A stretch of DNA of 64,000 bases from Candidatus Omnitrophota bacterium (GTDB lineage: Bacteria > Omnitrophota > Gorgyraeia > Gygaellales > UBA12090): contig JAHFFP010000001.1 of NCBI GenBank assembly GCA_023247895.1, positions 1,029 through 65,028 of the forward strand, read 5' to 3'. The position numbers and the translations under genes were made by a program. The notes under the pieces are model-generated. The model had not been told where the DNA came from, searched no databases, and saw nothing but the letters and a program-made list of their open reading frames with translations. Positions within the stretch are counted from its first letter, which is position 1; every line of letters starts with the position of its first letter. Below, piece by piece: positions 27,735 through 37,196 of this stretch.

Positions 27735-29111
27735 TTATCCAATTAAATTAGTACTTTTGTTATGGTCGCTCTCATTGACTAAAATTTTCTTTTCGGCTAA
27801 TGGTCCAACGAGTAGAGATAAAACTCGTCCATAGCTTTCACAATCCACTATTGTTACAGCGATCCCTTCGCTTTCCAGTTTCGTCTTTATTACTAATACT
27901 TCTTTAAGATCAGAATGGCGAAATACTTCTTTTAAATTTCCCTGATTTTTAAAAGAATAATAAATCCCTAAAATTATACCAATAAATGAGACTAATTCAT
28001 AACCCGTAAATGGAATATGAACATGAAGTAATCTGTGAAGAAAAACGGGTAAAAAAGCAACGCCACATAAAAAAATACTCCAAATAAATATGATTTTTGT
28101 CACTATATTATCTAAATATTCTATAGCAGATTTTTCCGTATCTCTCCCCGGTATAGATAATCCAAAATGCTTTAATTTAGGTACTAATTCTACGGGGTTA
28201 AATACCACTGCCGTACAGAAATAAGCAAAGAAAATAATTGATACTACCCACACGAGATATGAACCCCACGTCCCCGGCGTTAAAATATTACCTATAATAC
28301 CGGATGCTGAATTGACATGCTTACCAGAAAATACCATTACAGTAGCCGGAAATAATAATATACTGCTGGTAAAGTAAATTGGAAGTATCCCTCCAAGGTT
28401 AAAAGGTATCGTCATCGAAAGATCTTTAGAATTCTTTCCAGGAATACTTACTGATATTGTTTTATATTTTCTTAACATAAAAATAATTAGTCCAACAAAT
28501 GAAATAAATAACAATAACCCTAAGCTTGCTTTTAATAGACTTGAATTAAGGACCTCTTTTACCATCTGAGGTATAAGATGCCTAAACTTCATTAGTAGCC
28601 CCGAAATAATAAATAATGATATTCCGTTTCCAATTCCATATTTATTGATTTGATTCGCCATCCAAATAATAACCAAAACTCCGCCAGTAATAGACAAAAT
28701 GGATAACATTCGAAAAATGATACCAGGGTTACTAACTAGATAAATTCCATGAACCTTCCCAAAACTTTCCATCCATAGAGACAGAAAAAAAGCTTGAATT
28801 AGGCTAAGAAGAATGACTCCTACATATATAAATTGATTAATTTTTCTAATTCCTAGGGCACCATTTTTATATCTATTTCTCAAGGGGGGTACCACAGCTA
28901 TTAATAACATGAATATAATATGAGTGGATAGATAAGGCATAATATCTAAAGAAAAAATGGATATACGCCGCATAATTAACTCTAAGTAACCCATATTAGG
29001 AATGTTAGTAAGAGATTTTAAAGCAGCGTAACTCACTCCGGACACAGGAATAAATCTTCCAGCCCAGTAGAGCAGTAAAAACAATAATGTTATGCAAATG
29101 CGTTTGTACAT
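27735..29111 (-). CDS. Divergent stand-alone SecY paralog with C-terminal DUF2007-like extension
   Basis: SIFSLDIMPY, GIGNGISLFI, GGILPIYFTSSI, IPG motifs; tail KLESEGI...KILV. Confidence 0.8.
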   Translation of the reverse strand: MYKRICITLLFLLLYWAGRFIPVSGVSYAALKSLTNIPNMGYLELIMRRISIFSLDIMPYLSTHIIFMLLIAVVPPLRNRYKNGALGIRKINQFIYVGVILLSLIQAFFLSLWMESFGKVHGIYLVSNPGIIFRMLSILSITGGVLVIIWMANQINKYGIGNGISLFIISGLLMKFRHLIPQMVKEVLNSSLLKASLGLLLFISFVGLIIFMLRKYKTISVSIPGKNSKDLSMTIPFNLGGILPIYFTSSILLFPATVMVFSGKHVNSASGIIGNILTPGTWGSYLVWVVSIIFFAYFCTAVVFNPVELVPKLKHFGLSIPGRDTEKSAIEYLDNIVTKIIFIWSIFLCGVAFLPVFLHRLLHVHIPFTGYELVSFIGIILGIYYSFKNQGNLKEVFRHSDLKEVLVIKTKLESEGIAVTIVDCESYGRVLSLLVGPLAEKKILVNESDHNKSTNLIG

Positions 29112-29136
29112 TGCCCCCTCCTATAAATAGTGCTTC

Positions 29137-29334
29137 CTATTTTCTTCCTACCAGCTCATCTATCGAAACCCCAAAAACATCCGCTAATCTTGAAAGGGTC
29201 TCAAATGTTGGATTTTTTGCTTTTCCTACTTCTATTTTAGAAATTGTGTTATATGAAATATCGGTCAGTCGGGCAAGTTTTTCTTGAGATAATTTCTTTT
29301 GTTGTCTTAGCTTTTTCAGATTTTTACCTAACAT
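29137..29334 (-). CDS. XRE-family HTH regulator
   Basis: LSQEKLAR...ISKIEVG..NPT. Confidence 0.9.
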   Translation of the reverse strand: MLGKNLKKLRQQKKLSQEKLARLTDISYNTISKIEVGKAKNPTFETLSRLADVFGVSIDELVGRK

Positions 29335-29341
29335 TTTGGGC

Positions 29342-29370
29342 TTGACTCAAAGTCAATTACATATTATAAT
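29342..29370 (+). promoter_or_regulatory. Sigma70 promoter with C-box-like operator
   Basis: TTGACT-17-TATAAT; palindrome TTGACT-CAA-AGTCAA. Confidence 0.65.
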
Positions 29371-29418
29371 ACTCGTATTATAAAGTATACTTTATTTTTT
29401 CTATTATACCACTAAAAC

Positions 29419-29758
29419 TAATATTCTGACATCAAAATTTTTGTTCTTTATAATGGCGAAGATGTTGGGGCGGGAGAGCGGACGAACTCTTATTAAAAAA
29501 ATCGTTTTACCTGTAATAAATTCTTGGAGTGAGGACGCTGTGTTTTGCAGCCGCCCGCACCCGGCTACAAAACACAAGCAAAGCTGAACCCGCATTGCAT
29601 GAGCAAGAAGCCAGCCGGCCCAGGCTGGCGCCGAATGAGCCCCGCTCCTAAACGGGGCGAATGGGGCGCGGGAGATGTGGGAGCCCGACAGGGCGGTGCA
29701 GATTAAAAATTTAGCAAAGGAATTTGGCGGTAAAAACTTCTGACTTCGTCGCAAGAAC
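29419..29758 (-). repeat. 340-bp inverted repeat, right copy
   Basis: Reverse complement of 27384-27723. Confidence 0.95.
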
Positions 29759-29759
29759 A

Positions 29760-29820
29760 CCGCCAGTCAAGACGACCCTGCGATTGGGCGATGTAATCGT
29801 AGGGTCGTCTTGACTGGCGG
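29760..29820. repeat. Fold-back duplication including the tRNA 3' end
   Basis: CCGCCAGTCAAGACGACCCT...AGGGTCGTCTTGACTGGCGG (20-bp perfect stem). Confidence 0.9.
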
Positions 29821-29904
29821 AGAGGGTGAGATTTGAACTCACGGTGGAGTTGCCCCCACAACAGTTTTCAAGACTGCCGCTTTCAACCACTCAGCCACCT
29901 CTCC
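29815..29904 (-). tRNA. tRNA-Ser(TGA)
   Basis: GGAGAGGTGGCTGAGTGG...GCAGT-CT-TGA-AA-ACTGT...CTCTCCGCCA. Confidence 0.97.
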
Positions 29905-29980
29905 AATTTTCCCTATATTTATTACTATGAAAATTGGATATCGAACCCCGCGTTCTATGCGGGGTGAAATATCTGCGTTT

Positions 29981-30643
29981 TTATAAAAATAACTGCTTAA
30001 ACACCGCCACAAAAATATCTTTGCTTATCTGGTAAGAGCCGTTAAAGAAGGAAAGGAAGGAAAATTGCTCAAAGGCGCTATTAAGAAAACCGGCCACAAT
30101 AATTGCGTCTAAAATATAAATCCATGAAAACCCAAACAAATACCCTGCCTTAAGATTATCTCCCTGTTTCAAACGCAGGGTCTTTGCCGAAAACACAAGG
30201 TGCAGTGATATGCTAAAACCTATCATAAAGAGAAACATCGTTATATACTCACGAATATCCATCAAAGAACTGAGTATTAAATATATTGAGAAAATAAGGA
30301 TAGTGTATATGGGCAGCACAAACGGCGCGACCTTTACCAGGGGCGCGAAAAAACGCACCAAAACCTCAACTATTCTTTGGCCTTTCTTATAAAGAATCGC
30401 TGGCTCTCCTATAAACAGATACGCTCCCACAAAGCTCACAATCCCCCAAAGAAAAGAATGGCTCACTGACGGCTCTACCTTCAATAGTTCTTGGCCGAAA
30501 TTTACGGTAACCGCGTACACCACCGGAAGCAACAATATGCCGATGGTAAGCTTTAGAAAGAGCGTAAAGAACTCCTTAATTTTATTCTTAGAAGGAGGCT
30601 TAAGATCGCTAAATAACTTATCTTGTGATTCTATCTTTTCCAT
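29981..30643 (-). CDS. Hypothetical membrane protein
   Basis: 220-aa hydrophobic ORF overlapping the serS stop. Confidence 0.75.
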   Translation of the reverse strand: MEKIESQDKLFSDLKPPSKNKIKEFFTLFLKLTIGILLLPVVYAVTVNFGQELLKVEPSVSHSFLWGIVSFVGAYLFIGEPAILYKKGQRIVEVLVRFFAPLVKVAPFVLPIYTILIFSIYLILSSLMDIREYITMFLFMIGFSISLHLVFSAKTLRLKQGDNLKAGYLFGFSWIYILDAIIVAGFLNSAFEQFSFLSFFNGSYQISKDIFVAVFKQLFL

Positions 30644-31898
30644 TGAAATAAGGCCTTAACACCTCAGGGATTACCACGGTCCCATCAGGCTGCTGGTAAT
30701 TTTCCAATATGGCAACCATTGTCCTGGGAAGAGCAACCCCTGATCCGTTTAAGGTATGCACATATTCTGTCGTCGTGCGTTTTGCGTCCTGCGTCTTGCG
30801 TCTAAATTTAATATTTGCCCGTCGGGCCTGAAAGCTCTCAAAATTGCTGCAGCTTGAAACCTCAAGCCATTTATCAATACCCGGGGCGTATGCCTCAAGG
30901 TCGTAGCATTTGCTTGCGGCAAAGCTTATATCGCCGCTTGAAAGCATCACCACCCGATACGGCAAACCTAAAAGCTGTAACACTGTTTCCGCGTTTTGCA
31001 CCAGTTTCTCCAATTCATCATATGAGCTATCCGGTGTAACAAACTTCACCATTTCAACTTTATCAAACTGATGCACCCTGATTAAACCACGAGTATCCTT
31101 GCCATAAGAGCCAGCTTCTCTTCTAAAACAGGCGGTATAGGCGGTGTAATAAATAGGCAGATCTTCTTCATTTAAGATTTCATCGCGAAAAATATTGGTA
31201 ACCGGCACCTCGGCTGTCGGAATCAGGAACAAATCATCGTCTTTAAGCCGGTACATATCCTCTTCTAATTTAGGAAGCTGCCCTGTACCGGTCATTGATG
31301 CCCGATTCACTAAAAAAGGAGGAAAAATTTCTTTATAGCCGTGCTTTGAGGTGTGTAAATCCAGCATAAAATTATACAACGCCCGTTCTAAGCGCGCGCC
31401 GTCGCCTTTATACAGGATAAAATTAGAGGCGGCAAGCTTTGTCCCGCGCGTAAAATCAATAATATCCAAATGCTCTGCTAACTCTATGTGGCTTCTGGCA
31501 TTGTGAATCTTTTTGGGCTCTCCCCAACTACGCACAATCTTATTTACGCTGGCATCACCCACAGGGATAGACGCGTGCGGGATATTGGGAATGGTAAGCA
31601 GCATACGGTTCACAATAGAGTCATACTCCTTTACTTCCTTCTCTAAGGTATCTATGCGCGCGGCGATTTCTTTCATTGAGGCAATTTTTTCCTTAGGGTC
31701 TTTTTTTTCCTTTAAAAGCGCGGTAATCTCATCATTTGCCTTATTCTTGCGGGCGCGTAAATCCTCAAGCTCAAACAGAACCTTTCGCCTTTTATCATCC
31801 ATCTCGATAAAATTATTCAAATCCAGATTGAGGTTACGCTTTTTTATCGCATCCCTTACTAAATCTATATTTTCTCTGATAAATTTTAAATCTAACAT
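30618..31898 (-). CDS. serS: Serine--tRNA ligase
   Basis: MLDLKFIREN, LIPTAEVP, FRREAG, EVSSCSN, TLNGSG. Confidence 0.97.
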   Translation of the reverse strand: MLDLKFIRENIDLVRDAIKKRNLNLDLNNFIEMDDKRRKVLFELEDLRARKNKANDEITALLKEKKDPKEKIASMKEIAARIDTLEKEVKEYDSIVNRMLLTIPNIPHASIPVGDASVNKIVRSWGEPKKIHNARSHIELAEHLDIIDFTRGTKLAASNFILYKGDGARLERALYNFMLDLHTSKHGYKEIFPPFLVNRASMTGTGQLPKLEEDMYRLKDDDLFLIPTAEVPVTNIFRDEILNEEDLPIYYTAYTACFRREAGSYGKDTRGLIRVHQFDKVEMVKFVTPDSSYDELEKLVQNAETVLQLLGLPYRVVMLSSGDISFAASKCYDLEAYAPGIDKWLEVSSCSNFESFQARRANIKFRRKTQDAKRTTTEYVHTLNGSGVALPRTMVAILENYQQPDGTVVIPEVLRPYFNGKDRITR

Positions 31899-31903
31899 AA
31901 ACC

Positions 31904-33358
31904 CTATCCTTTTACTACACCCACCGGTCTCATCCGGCAAACCCTCTTGGAGATTCCGGCGTTATGCACCACATCCACCACATCGTTCACATCTTTATAG
32001 GCAAGCGGAGCCTCTTCCACGATTGTGCTACGGCTTGAGGCCATCACGTATATCCCTTGTGCCTCAAGATCCTTGACTAACTTGTGGGCGTCAAAAGCCT
32101 TGGTTGCCGCGGTGCGGGATTTTACCCGCCCTGCGCCATGGCAAGTGGAGTAAAATGTTTCAGCTGCTTTCTCGGTTCCCACCAGTAAATAGGAATTCCT
32201 CCCCATATCTCCCGGGATAATTACAGGTTGCCCTGTTTCCTGGTATTCCTGCGGTAATTCCGGATGCCCCGGAGGGAATGCCCGCGTTGCCCCTTTACGG
32301 TGCACGCAAAGTGTTTTTTCCTTGCCGTCAATCACATGCTTCTCAAGCTTGGCAATGTTATGGGCAACGTCATAAATCAAATCCATACCTATGTTCTGCC
32401 AGGACTTATTCAAAGTGCGCTCAAAGGCCTTACGCGCCAGATGCATCAAACACTGCCTATTATTCCAGGCATAATTTGCCGCCGAGCGCATTGCTGAAAG
32501 GTATTGTGTAGCCTCAAGAGAATCTATCGGAGCGCAGGCAAGCTGCCTATCGGGAACATTAATCCCTTATTTTTGCATTGCCCTCATCATAACTTTAAGG
32601 TAATCATCGCATACCTGATAACCAAAGCCGCGGGAGCCGGAATGAATCATCACGGTTATCAAGCCTTCACTTAAACCAAATACGTCTGCGATATCACTGT
32701 CATAAATCCTGTCAATAACCTGAATTTCCAGAAAATGGTTGCCGCTTCCCAGAGTGCCTGATTGCGCCTTGCCTCTCTCATACGCCCTCTCTGACACCGC
32801 CGAGGGGTCAGCTCCGGGAATTGCCCCGCGCTCTTCAGTTACCTCCAAGTCCTCTGCCACCCCATAACCTTGCGCAACCGCCCACTGAGACCCCTTAACC
32901 ATTATCTGCTGTTCTTCCTTTTCACTTACCTTAATCTCGCCTTTTGAGCCTACGCCTGAAGGCACCAGATGAAACAGGCTTAAGGTTAATTCCCTGATTC
33001 TATTCTTTACTTCTTCATATTCAAGATTTGTTTTAACAAGCCTCACTCCGCAGTTGATATCAAACCCAACTCCCCCGGGAGAAACTACGCCGCCTTTTTG
33101 CGGGTCAGTTGCCGCAACCCCGCCTATGGGGAAACCATATCCCCAGTGTATATCCGGCATAGCAAGCGACGCGCCTACAATTCCCGGTAAAAACGCTACA
33201 TTTGCCACTTGCTCTAGCGCCTTATCTTGACGGATATCTTTAAGGAGTTTTTCATCCGCATAGACTATACCGTCGACACGCATCCCTGGAATAGCCTCTT
33301 TGGGAATCTTCCAACGATAGTTATCTATCTTTTTTAAGCTTTCGTAGGTATCCTGCAT
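31904..33358 (-). pseudogene. rtcB: RNA ligase RtcB interrupted by an in-frame TAA at 32567-32569
   Basis: MPDIHWGYGFPIG, DINCG, GNHFLE, HSGSRG, then K*GINVPDRQLACAP, HNIAK, HRKGA, HGAGR in the same frame. Confidence 0.9.
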
Positions 33359-33367
33359 TTTTTCTTA

Positions 33368-33667
33368 TCAAACCAAAAACTTTACCCCGGTTTGAAACTT
33401 ATCTGCTTCTTGTTTCTGCCAAACCACCCTCACCAAGGCTTTAATATGCTCAGACTGCTCACCGTGAAGGTCAAACTCCACATTTAAAATAGTTCCTGAT
33501 GCCAAAGGCTGCGGCAACATAAGGCATAGTCCGCCTTCGCTAATATCCCTGATTAGGCCTGTTTGATATGAAGGCATTACTACCGAATAGGTAACGTTAG
33601 AAATTAACTCTACCCTCTGAGAAGACCTGCGTTCAGCAGAAATCTTTTTCTCTCGCTCAGACATCAA
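33368..33667 (-). CDS. PilZ-domain protein
   Basis: ERRSSQR and DISEGG motifs. Confidence 0.9.
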   Translation of the reverse strand: MMSEREKKISAERRSSQRVELISNVTYSVVMPSYQTGLIRDISEGGLCLMLPQPLASGTILNVEFDLHGEQSEHIKALVRVVWQKQEADKFQTGVKFLV

Positions 33668-34073
33668 AAATCACCTTTGCCTCATAGCCATCCTTAACCT
33701 GTTTAAATTCCAATTCATGATAGGTTACCGCTTTAATTTCGGTTTTCATCTTATCAGGCGCTTTATCGCCCCACATAATTGCCTTGAGCGTGTTTTGGGT
33801 TACACCTTGAATTGAAAACTCAACACCCACAATTTCGGTAACACTAAATTGATACAGTAATTCCTGAAGCCATTGACGCAGGAGTTCATCATAGCTGTCT
33901 GCCTGCACAGAGATTTCCAGCTTTTCCTTCGGTTTTATACCGCTGGTCTCGGCAATAACCTCAAACATCCCTTTTGCGGCATTCACAAAGAGTTCCTCAA
34001 CCGTATTCCCATAAACCCTTATGCCCACATCAGCGGTATGCTCAAAAAACTTGTATTTTTTCCTCACTCCCAA
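33657..34073 (-). CDS. Archease
   Basis: EHTAD, IKAVTYH, FDV C-terminus; next to rtcB. Confidence 0.92.
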   Translation of the reverse strand: MGVRKKYKFFEHTADVGIRVYGNTVEELFVNAAKGMFEVIAETSGIKPKEKLEISVQADSYDELLRQWLQELLYQFSVTEIVGVEFSIQGVTQNTLKAIMWGDKAPDKMKTEIKAVTYHELEFKQVKDGYEAKVIFDV

Positions 34074-34339
34074 TCAATAGCCTCTTATTAATCCCAGATT
34101 TTGCATTAGCAAAATATGGGATTAACCTGAATTTTCATTATTATAGCATATTTTTATAATTTTCAATTTGAAATTTCTAATATATACCAAAGAAAAATCC
34201 CCTAACCTATTCAGTTAAAGGATGCGTTTGCCCCTCGCTTAAACGTGCCGAAAATCTCTTTGACATTTTCGGCACAAGCTCGGGATAAATTCGCCCACAC
34301 AACTTACGCAAGGCCTTACGTAAGTTGTGGGCTCATTTA

Positions 34340-34412
34340 TGGGCCATGTAGGAGTCGAACCTACGACCTTGACATTAAGAGTGTCCTGCTCTGCCAATTG
34401 AGCTAATGGCCC
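34340..34412 (-). tRNA. tRNA-Lys(CTT)
   Basis: GGGCCATTAGCTCAATTGG...CT-CTT-AA...GGTTCGACTCC; CCA not encoded. Confidence 0.93.
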
Positions 34413-34543
34413 GAATTTTAATCTTCTTTTCGTTATAAAAAACCCAACCAGATACTAATTTTTGTGAAGCTTACTTATATATTATTCTATTAACGCTGTA
34501 AAGGACGATTTTAAAAAAGACCGCGGGGGAGGAATACCTTGGC

Positions 34544-36592
34544 TTATTCTTTCTCTTTTTCCGATACAGACTCAATGGCCTCCTCAACTCCCCTTTCAAT
34601 CTTACGCTCAATAAAATTAGGGATTCTGTCCTGGAGCTCTTTCTTTAAATCAGACTTAAGCCACTGGAAATTCATGGCGTGGAGTATTCCCGAAAGCTGA
34701 AAGTTAAAACGCAGCGACTCGAGGTCTTCACCCACAAGTTTAAGCAGGCGGCTAAACTTAGGCGATTCCTTTAAGAGTTCTCTGGTTAAAGAAAGCGATA
34801 TTTTGCTTGCGACTAAATCATTCGCGCCTAAACTAAAATACCCGCTCAAATCTACGTCTTTTGAATCCAACTCTATTCTCTGCAGGCCCGCACCGTATTC
34901 ATCTATGGTAAAATTTGAAACTGCACTATCAAAGTCTACCCTGCGAAGCGAGGCAAGTGCAAAAAAATCAGCCAGCCATTTGAAAAACTCAAAATCGCGC
35001 AAATAGCCGTTATGTATCTCCAGAGCGCCCTTTAAGGATAAGCTCGGATAAGTGCTAAAATACATCTGCCCGGACAACTTGCCATATACTTTAGAGAAAT
35101 GAATCAGCAATCCCTCAAGTTTATTGGCAGTTACCTCTGTTACGTAAATATGGGAGGAAATACGCGCCGGAGGCATCCCTGTGTCAAACCCTCCCCAGCC
35201 TTTAAGCAACCCATCGTAAAATGAAGAATGGAATCGTATAAACCTCTGCCTTCCCTCGCGCAGGTCTGTAACCGCGTGCGCGTCATTAAGCAGTATGCTA
35301 TACGTATTAGTTTCAGTTACACATCCAAGGCTTAACTCGCCAAGGGCCATTGAAAGACGAGGATACCGGGAAAGATACAACGCCAATCCTTTTAGGTTAA
35401 GCTCAAGGCTTTCAAGCGGAGGATTGGCCTTTTTCTTCTTTACAAAATCAAAATTGAGCCTTGCGCTTCCTCTGAAGGTATTATGTTCGACAATGCCCTG
35501 CACCTTTAACCCTAACTTCTTTGGATTCTCCATAACCTGTTTTTCAGATTGGCTTAAGGAAGCTTGTATTCCTAAGGAAACAGGCCTTGAAAAAGCAAGA
35601 TTTCCTTTCACGCTCACAGGGTTATTATTGAGAGTAAAGCTGAGGCGCTCTATTTCAAAATGAGGAAATTCTGCCTTAAGCCGGCAATCAATATCAAGGA
35701 TGTTCATATTTACCTTGGATAAATCTATACTTGGAAGACGGGTTTTACGCCTCAACAGATACTCTTTAATATTAAAGTGGCTTTTTTTCCGAGAGCCTTC
35801 TTCAAACAAGGTATCAATAAACGCAAAGCCGTTTAACTGCAAGATACTTCCTGAAGAATCCCCCCACAATTTTACATACGAATTTTCTCTCACATATTCA
35901 ACATTTTCTATAGAAAAACCTCCACTTTTTACAAGAGCCCTGAATTTGTATTGAAAAGGCACGCCTTTTATCACTTGCCGTGAAGGAATACCCTTATAGA
36001 GTGCAGGCATATCTTTGTCTTCGCTTACCTTCCCATAACCAAAAACCAAATCGCCTGCCAGACGCAAGAAAAAGTCCGCGTTAATATAACGCGTGCTCTC
36101 ATTATCATGTACTGTCTCTAAATGAGCTTCTTTAATAGCGAGCGTGATATCTTGCCTTGGCAGGCGCTTTATAAACTCCAGGATTTGCTTAAAGTTATCC
36201 TCTAAGAAAGTATAGCAGGTAGTGTAGTTTGCCTGAGGGGCATACAAAGAGATGCCGTAAAGCTGGAGGCGTTTTTTTGTTAAAAGCTCACTCAAAGAAA
36301 ATCGCGCAACCACCCTAGTCACGCTCACAAATGGTGTGCGGACAGATACGCTCTCGTCAAAGAGAGAAACGTTTTGCGCAATAATAAAGTGAGGCGGGCA
36401 ATAAATGATATTTTCTACAGAAAGCGTAAAGGGCGCAATATATTTCTGCGCCCTTTGAAGTAGTATTTCTTTTGACTTGGCGAGAATACGGTTAAGGTAA
36501 AGGGTAGCAATTACCGTTACGAAAATGACAGCTATTGCTAAAAATCCTATACACCTAGTAAGATATCTTCGCAAACAACTCCCCATCAACAT
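34544..36592 (-). CDS. AsmA-like (lipid-bridge family) protein
   Basis: N-terminal TM, long beta-rich body, AsmA-like C-terminus. Confidence 0.55.
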   Translation of the reverse strand: MLMGSCLRRYLTRCIGFLAIAVIFVTVIATLYLNRILAKSKEILLQRAQKYIAPFTLSVENIIYCPPHFIIAQNVSLFDESVSVRTPFVSVTRVVARFSLSELLTKKRLQLYGISLYAPQANYTTCYTFLEDNFKQILEFIKRLPRQDITLAIKEAHLETVHDNESTRYINADFFLRLAGDLVFGYGKVSEDKDMPALYKGIPSRQVIKGVPFQYKFRALVKSGGFSIENVEYVRENSYVKLWGDSSGSILQLNGFAFIDTLFEEGSRKKSHFNIKEYLLRRKTRLPSIDLSKVNMNILDIDCRLKAEFPHFEIERLSFTLNNNPVSVKGNLAFSRPVSLGIQASLSQSEKQVMENPKKLGLKVQGIVEHNTFRGSARLNFDFVKKKKANPPLESLELNLKGLALYLSRYPRLSMALGELSLGCVTETNTYSILLNDAHAVTDLREGRQRFIRFHSSFYDGLLKGWGGFDTGMPPARISSHIYVTEVTANKLEGLLIHFSKVYGKLSGQMYFSTYPSLSLKGALEIHNGYLRDFEFFKWLADFFALASLRRVDFDSAVSNFTIDEYGAGLQRIELDSKDVDLSGYFSLGANDLVASKISLSLTRELLKESPKFSRLLKLVGEDLESLRFNFQLSGILHAMNFQWLKSDLKKELQDRIPNFIERKIERGVEEAIESVSEKEKE

Positions 36593-37088
36593 AACATTCT
36601 ATTTTATCGATATAATACACCACGCGGTGTTTGCGGTAAAATGGCGAGCGGTATTTATACTCTTTGGATTCCCTGAATAAAAAGGTCGTCTGTTTAAGGG
36701 TAATTATCTTTTTCTCAAAATCCTTAACCGCTTTTTCCTTTTCCTGTATCCGGGCTATCTTTAAGAGGTACATAAAGACAAACACATTGGCCTTAGAATC
36801 CGGGTACTCGTTAAGATATTGAGTAAATGCCTTAATCGCATCCGGATAATCCGCAATGAGAGAATAGTATTCTCCTATTGCGAATAAGGCGTTTTCTGCG
36901 TATTTTGAATCAGGATAGTTTAACAAAATCGTGCGAAAACGCATAAAGGCCAAATGGATGTTACCGGAGCGCGCCTCCGCAACAGCCGTAGAATAGAGCT
37001 GCCCTGCCTCTTGTGCATACCCAGAAGCTAAACTAAGGATAAAAAAGAAACAAACTAAAAACAAAATTTTATCCTTGTATTTTTTCAT
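36555..37088 (-). CDS. TPR protein (BamD/CpoB-like)
   Basis: Repeated YPDSK helices; signal peptide. Confidence 0.7.
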   Translation of the reverse strand: MKKYKDKILFLVCFFFILSLASGYAQEAGQLYSTAVAEARSGNIHLAFMRFRTILLNYPDSKYAENALFAIGEYYSLIADYPDAIKAFTQYLNEYPDSKANVFVFMYLLKIARIQEKEKAVKDFEKKIITLKQTTFLFRESKEYKYRSPFYRKHRVVYYIDKIECYVDGELFAKISY

Positions 37089-37119
37089 CGCAAAGAAATA
37101 CCTTCTCAGAAACTAAATA

Positions 37120-37193
37120 CGCGCCTGGCTGGGCTCGAACCAGCAACACCTAGTTCCGAAGACTAGTGCTCTATCCGATTGAACTACAGGCGC
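37120..37193 (-). tRNA. tRNA-Arg(TCG)
   Basis: GCGCCTGTAGTTCAATCGGATAGA...CTAGT-CT-TCG-GA-ACTAG...GGTTCGAGCCC. Confidence 0.93.
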
Positions 37194-37196
37194 ACT

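Noticed and set aside
27361-29760. ORFs 27361..27834 and 29404..29760 as real duplicated proteins
   Set aside because: They merely span the 340-bp IR, lack a clear RBS or recognisable domain, and are identical only because the DNA is duplicated.
12436-32569. Alternative genetic code explaining the in-frame stops
   Set aside because: The lesions involve TAG, TAA and TGA plus frameshifts, and all three codons terminate normal genes here.
34225-34335. Hairpins downstream of tRNA-Lys as an att site or mobile element
   Set aside because: No duplicated tRNA end or integrase nearby; more simply terminator or REP-like stems.
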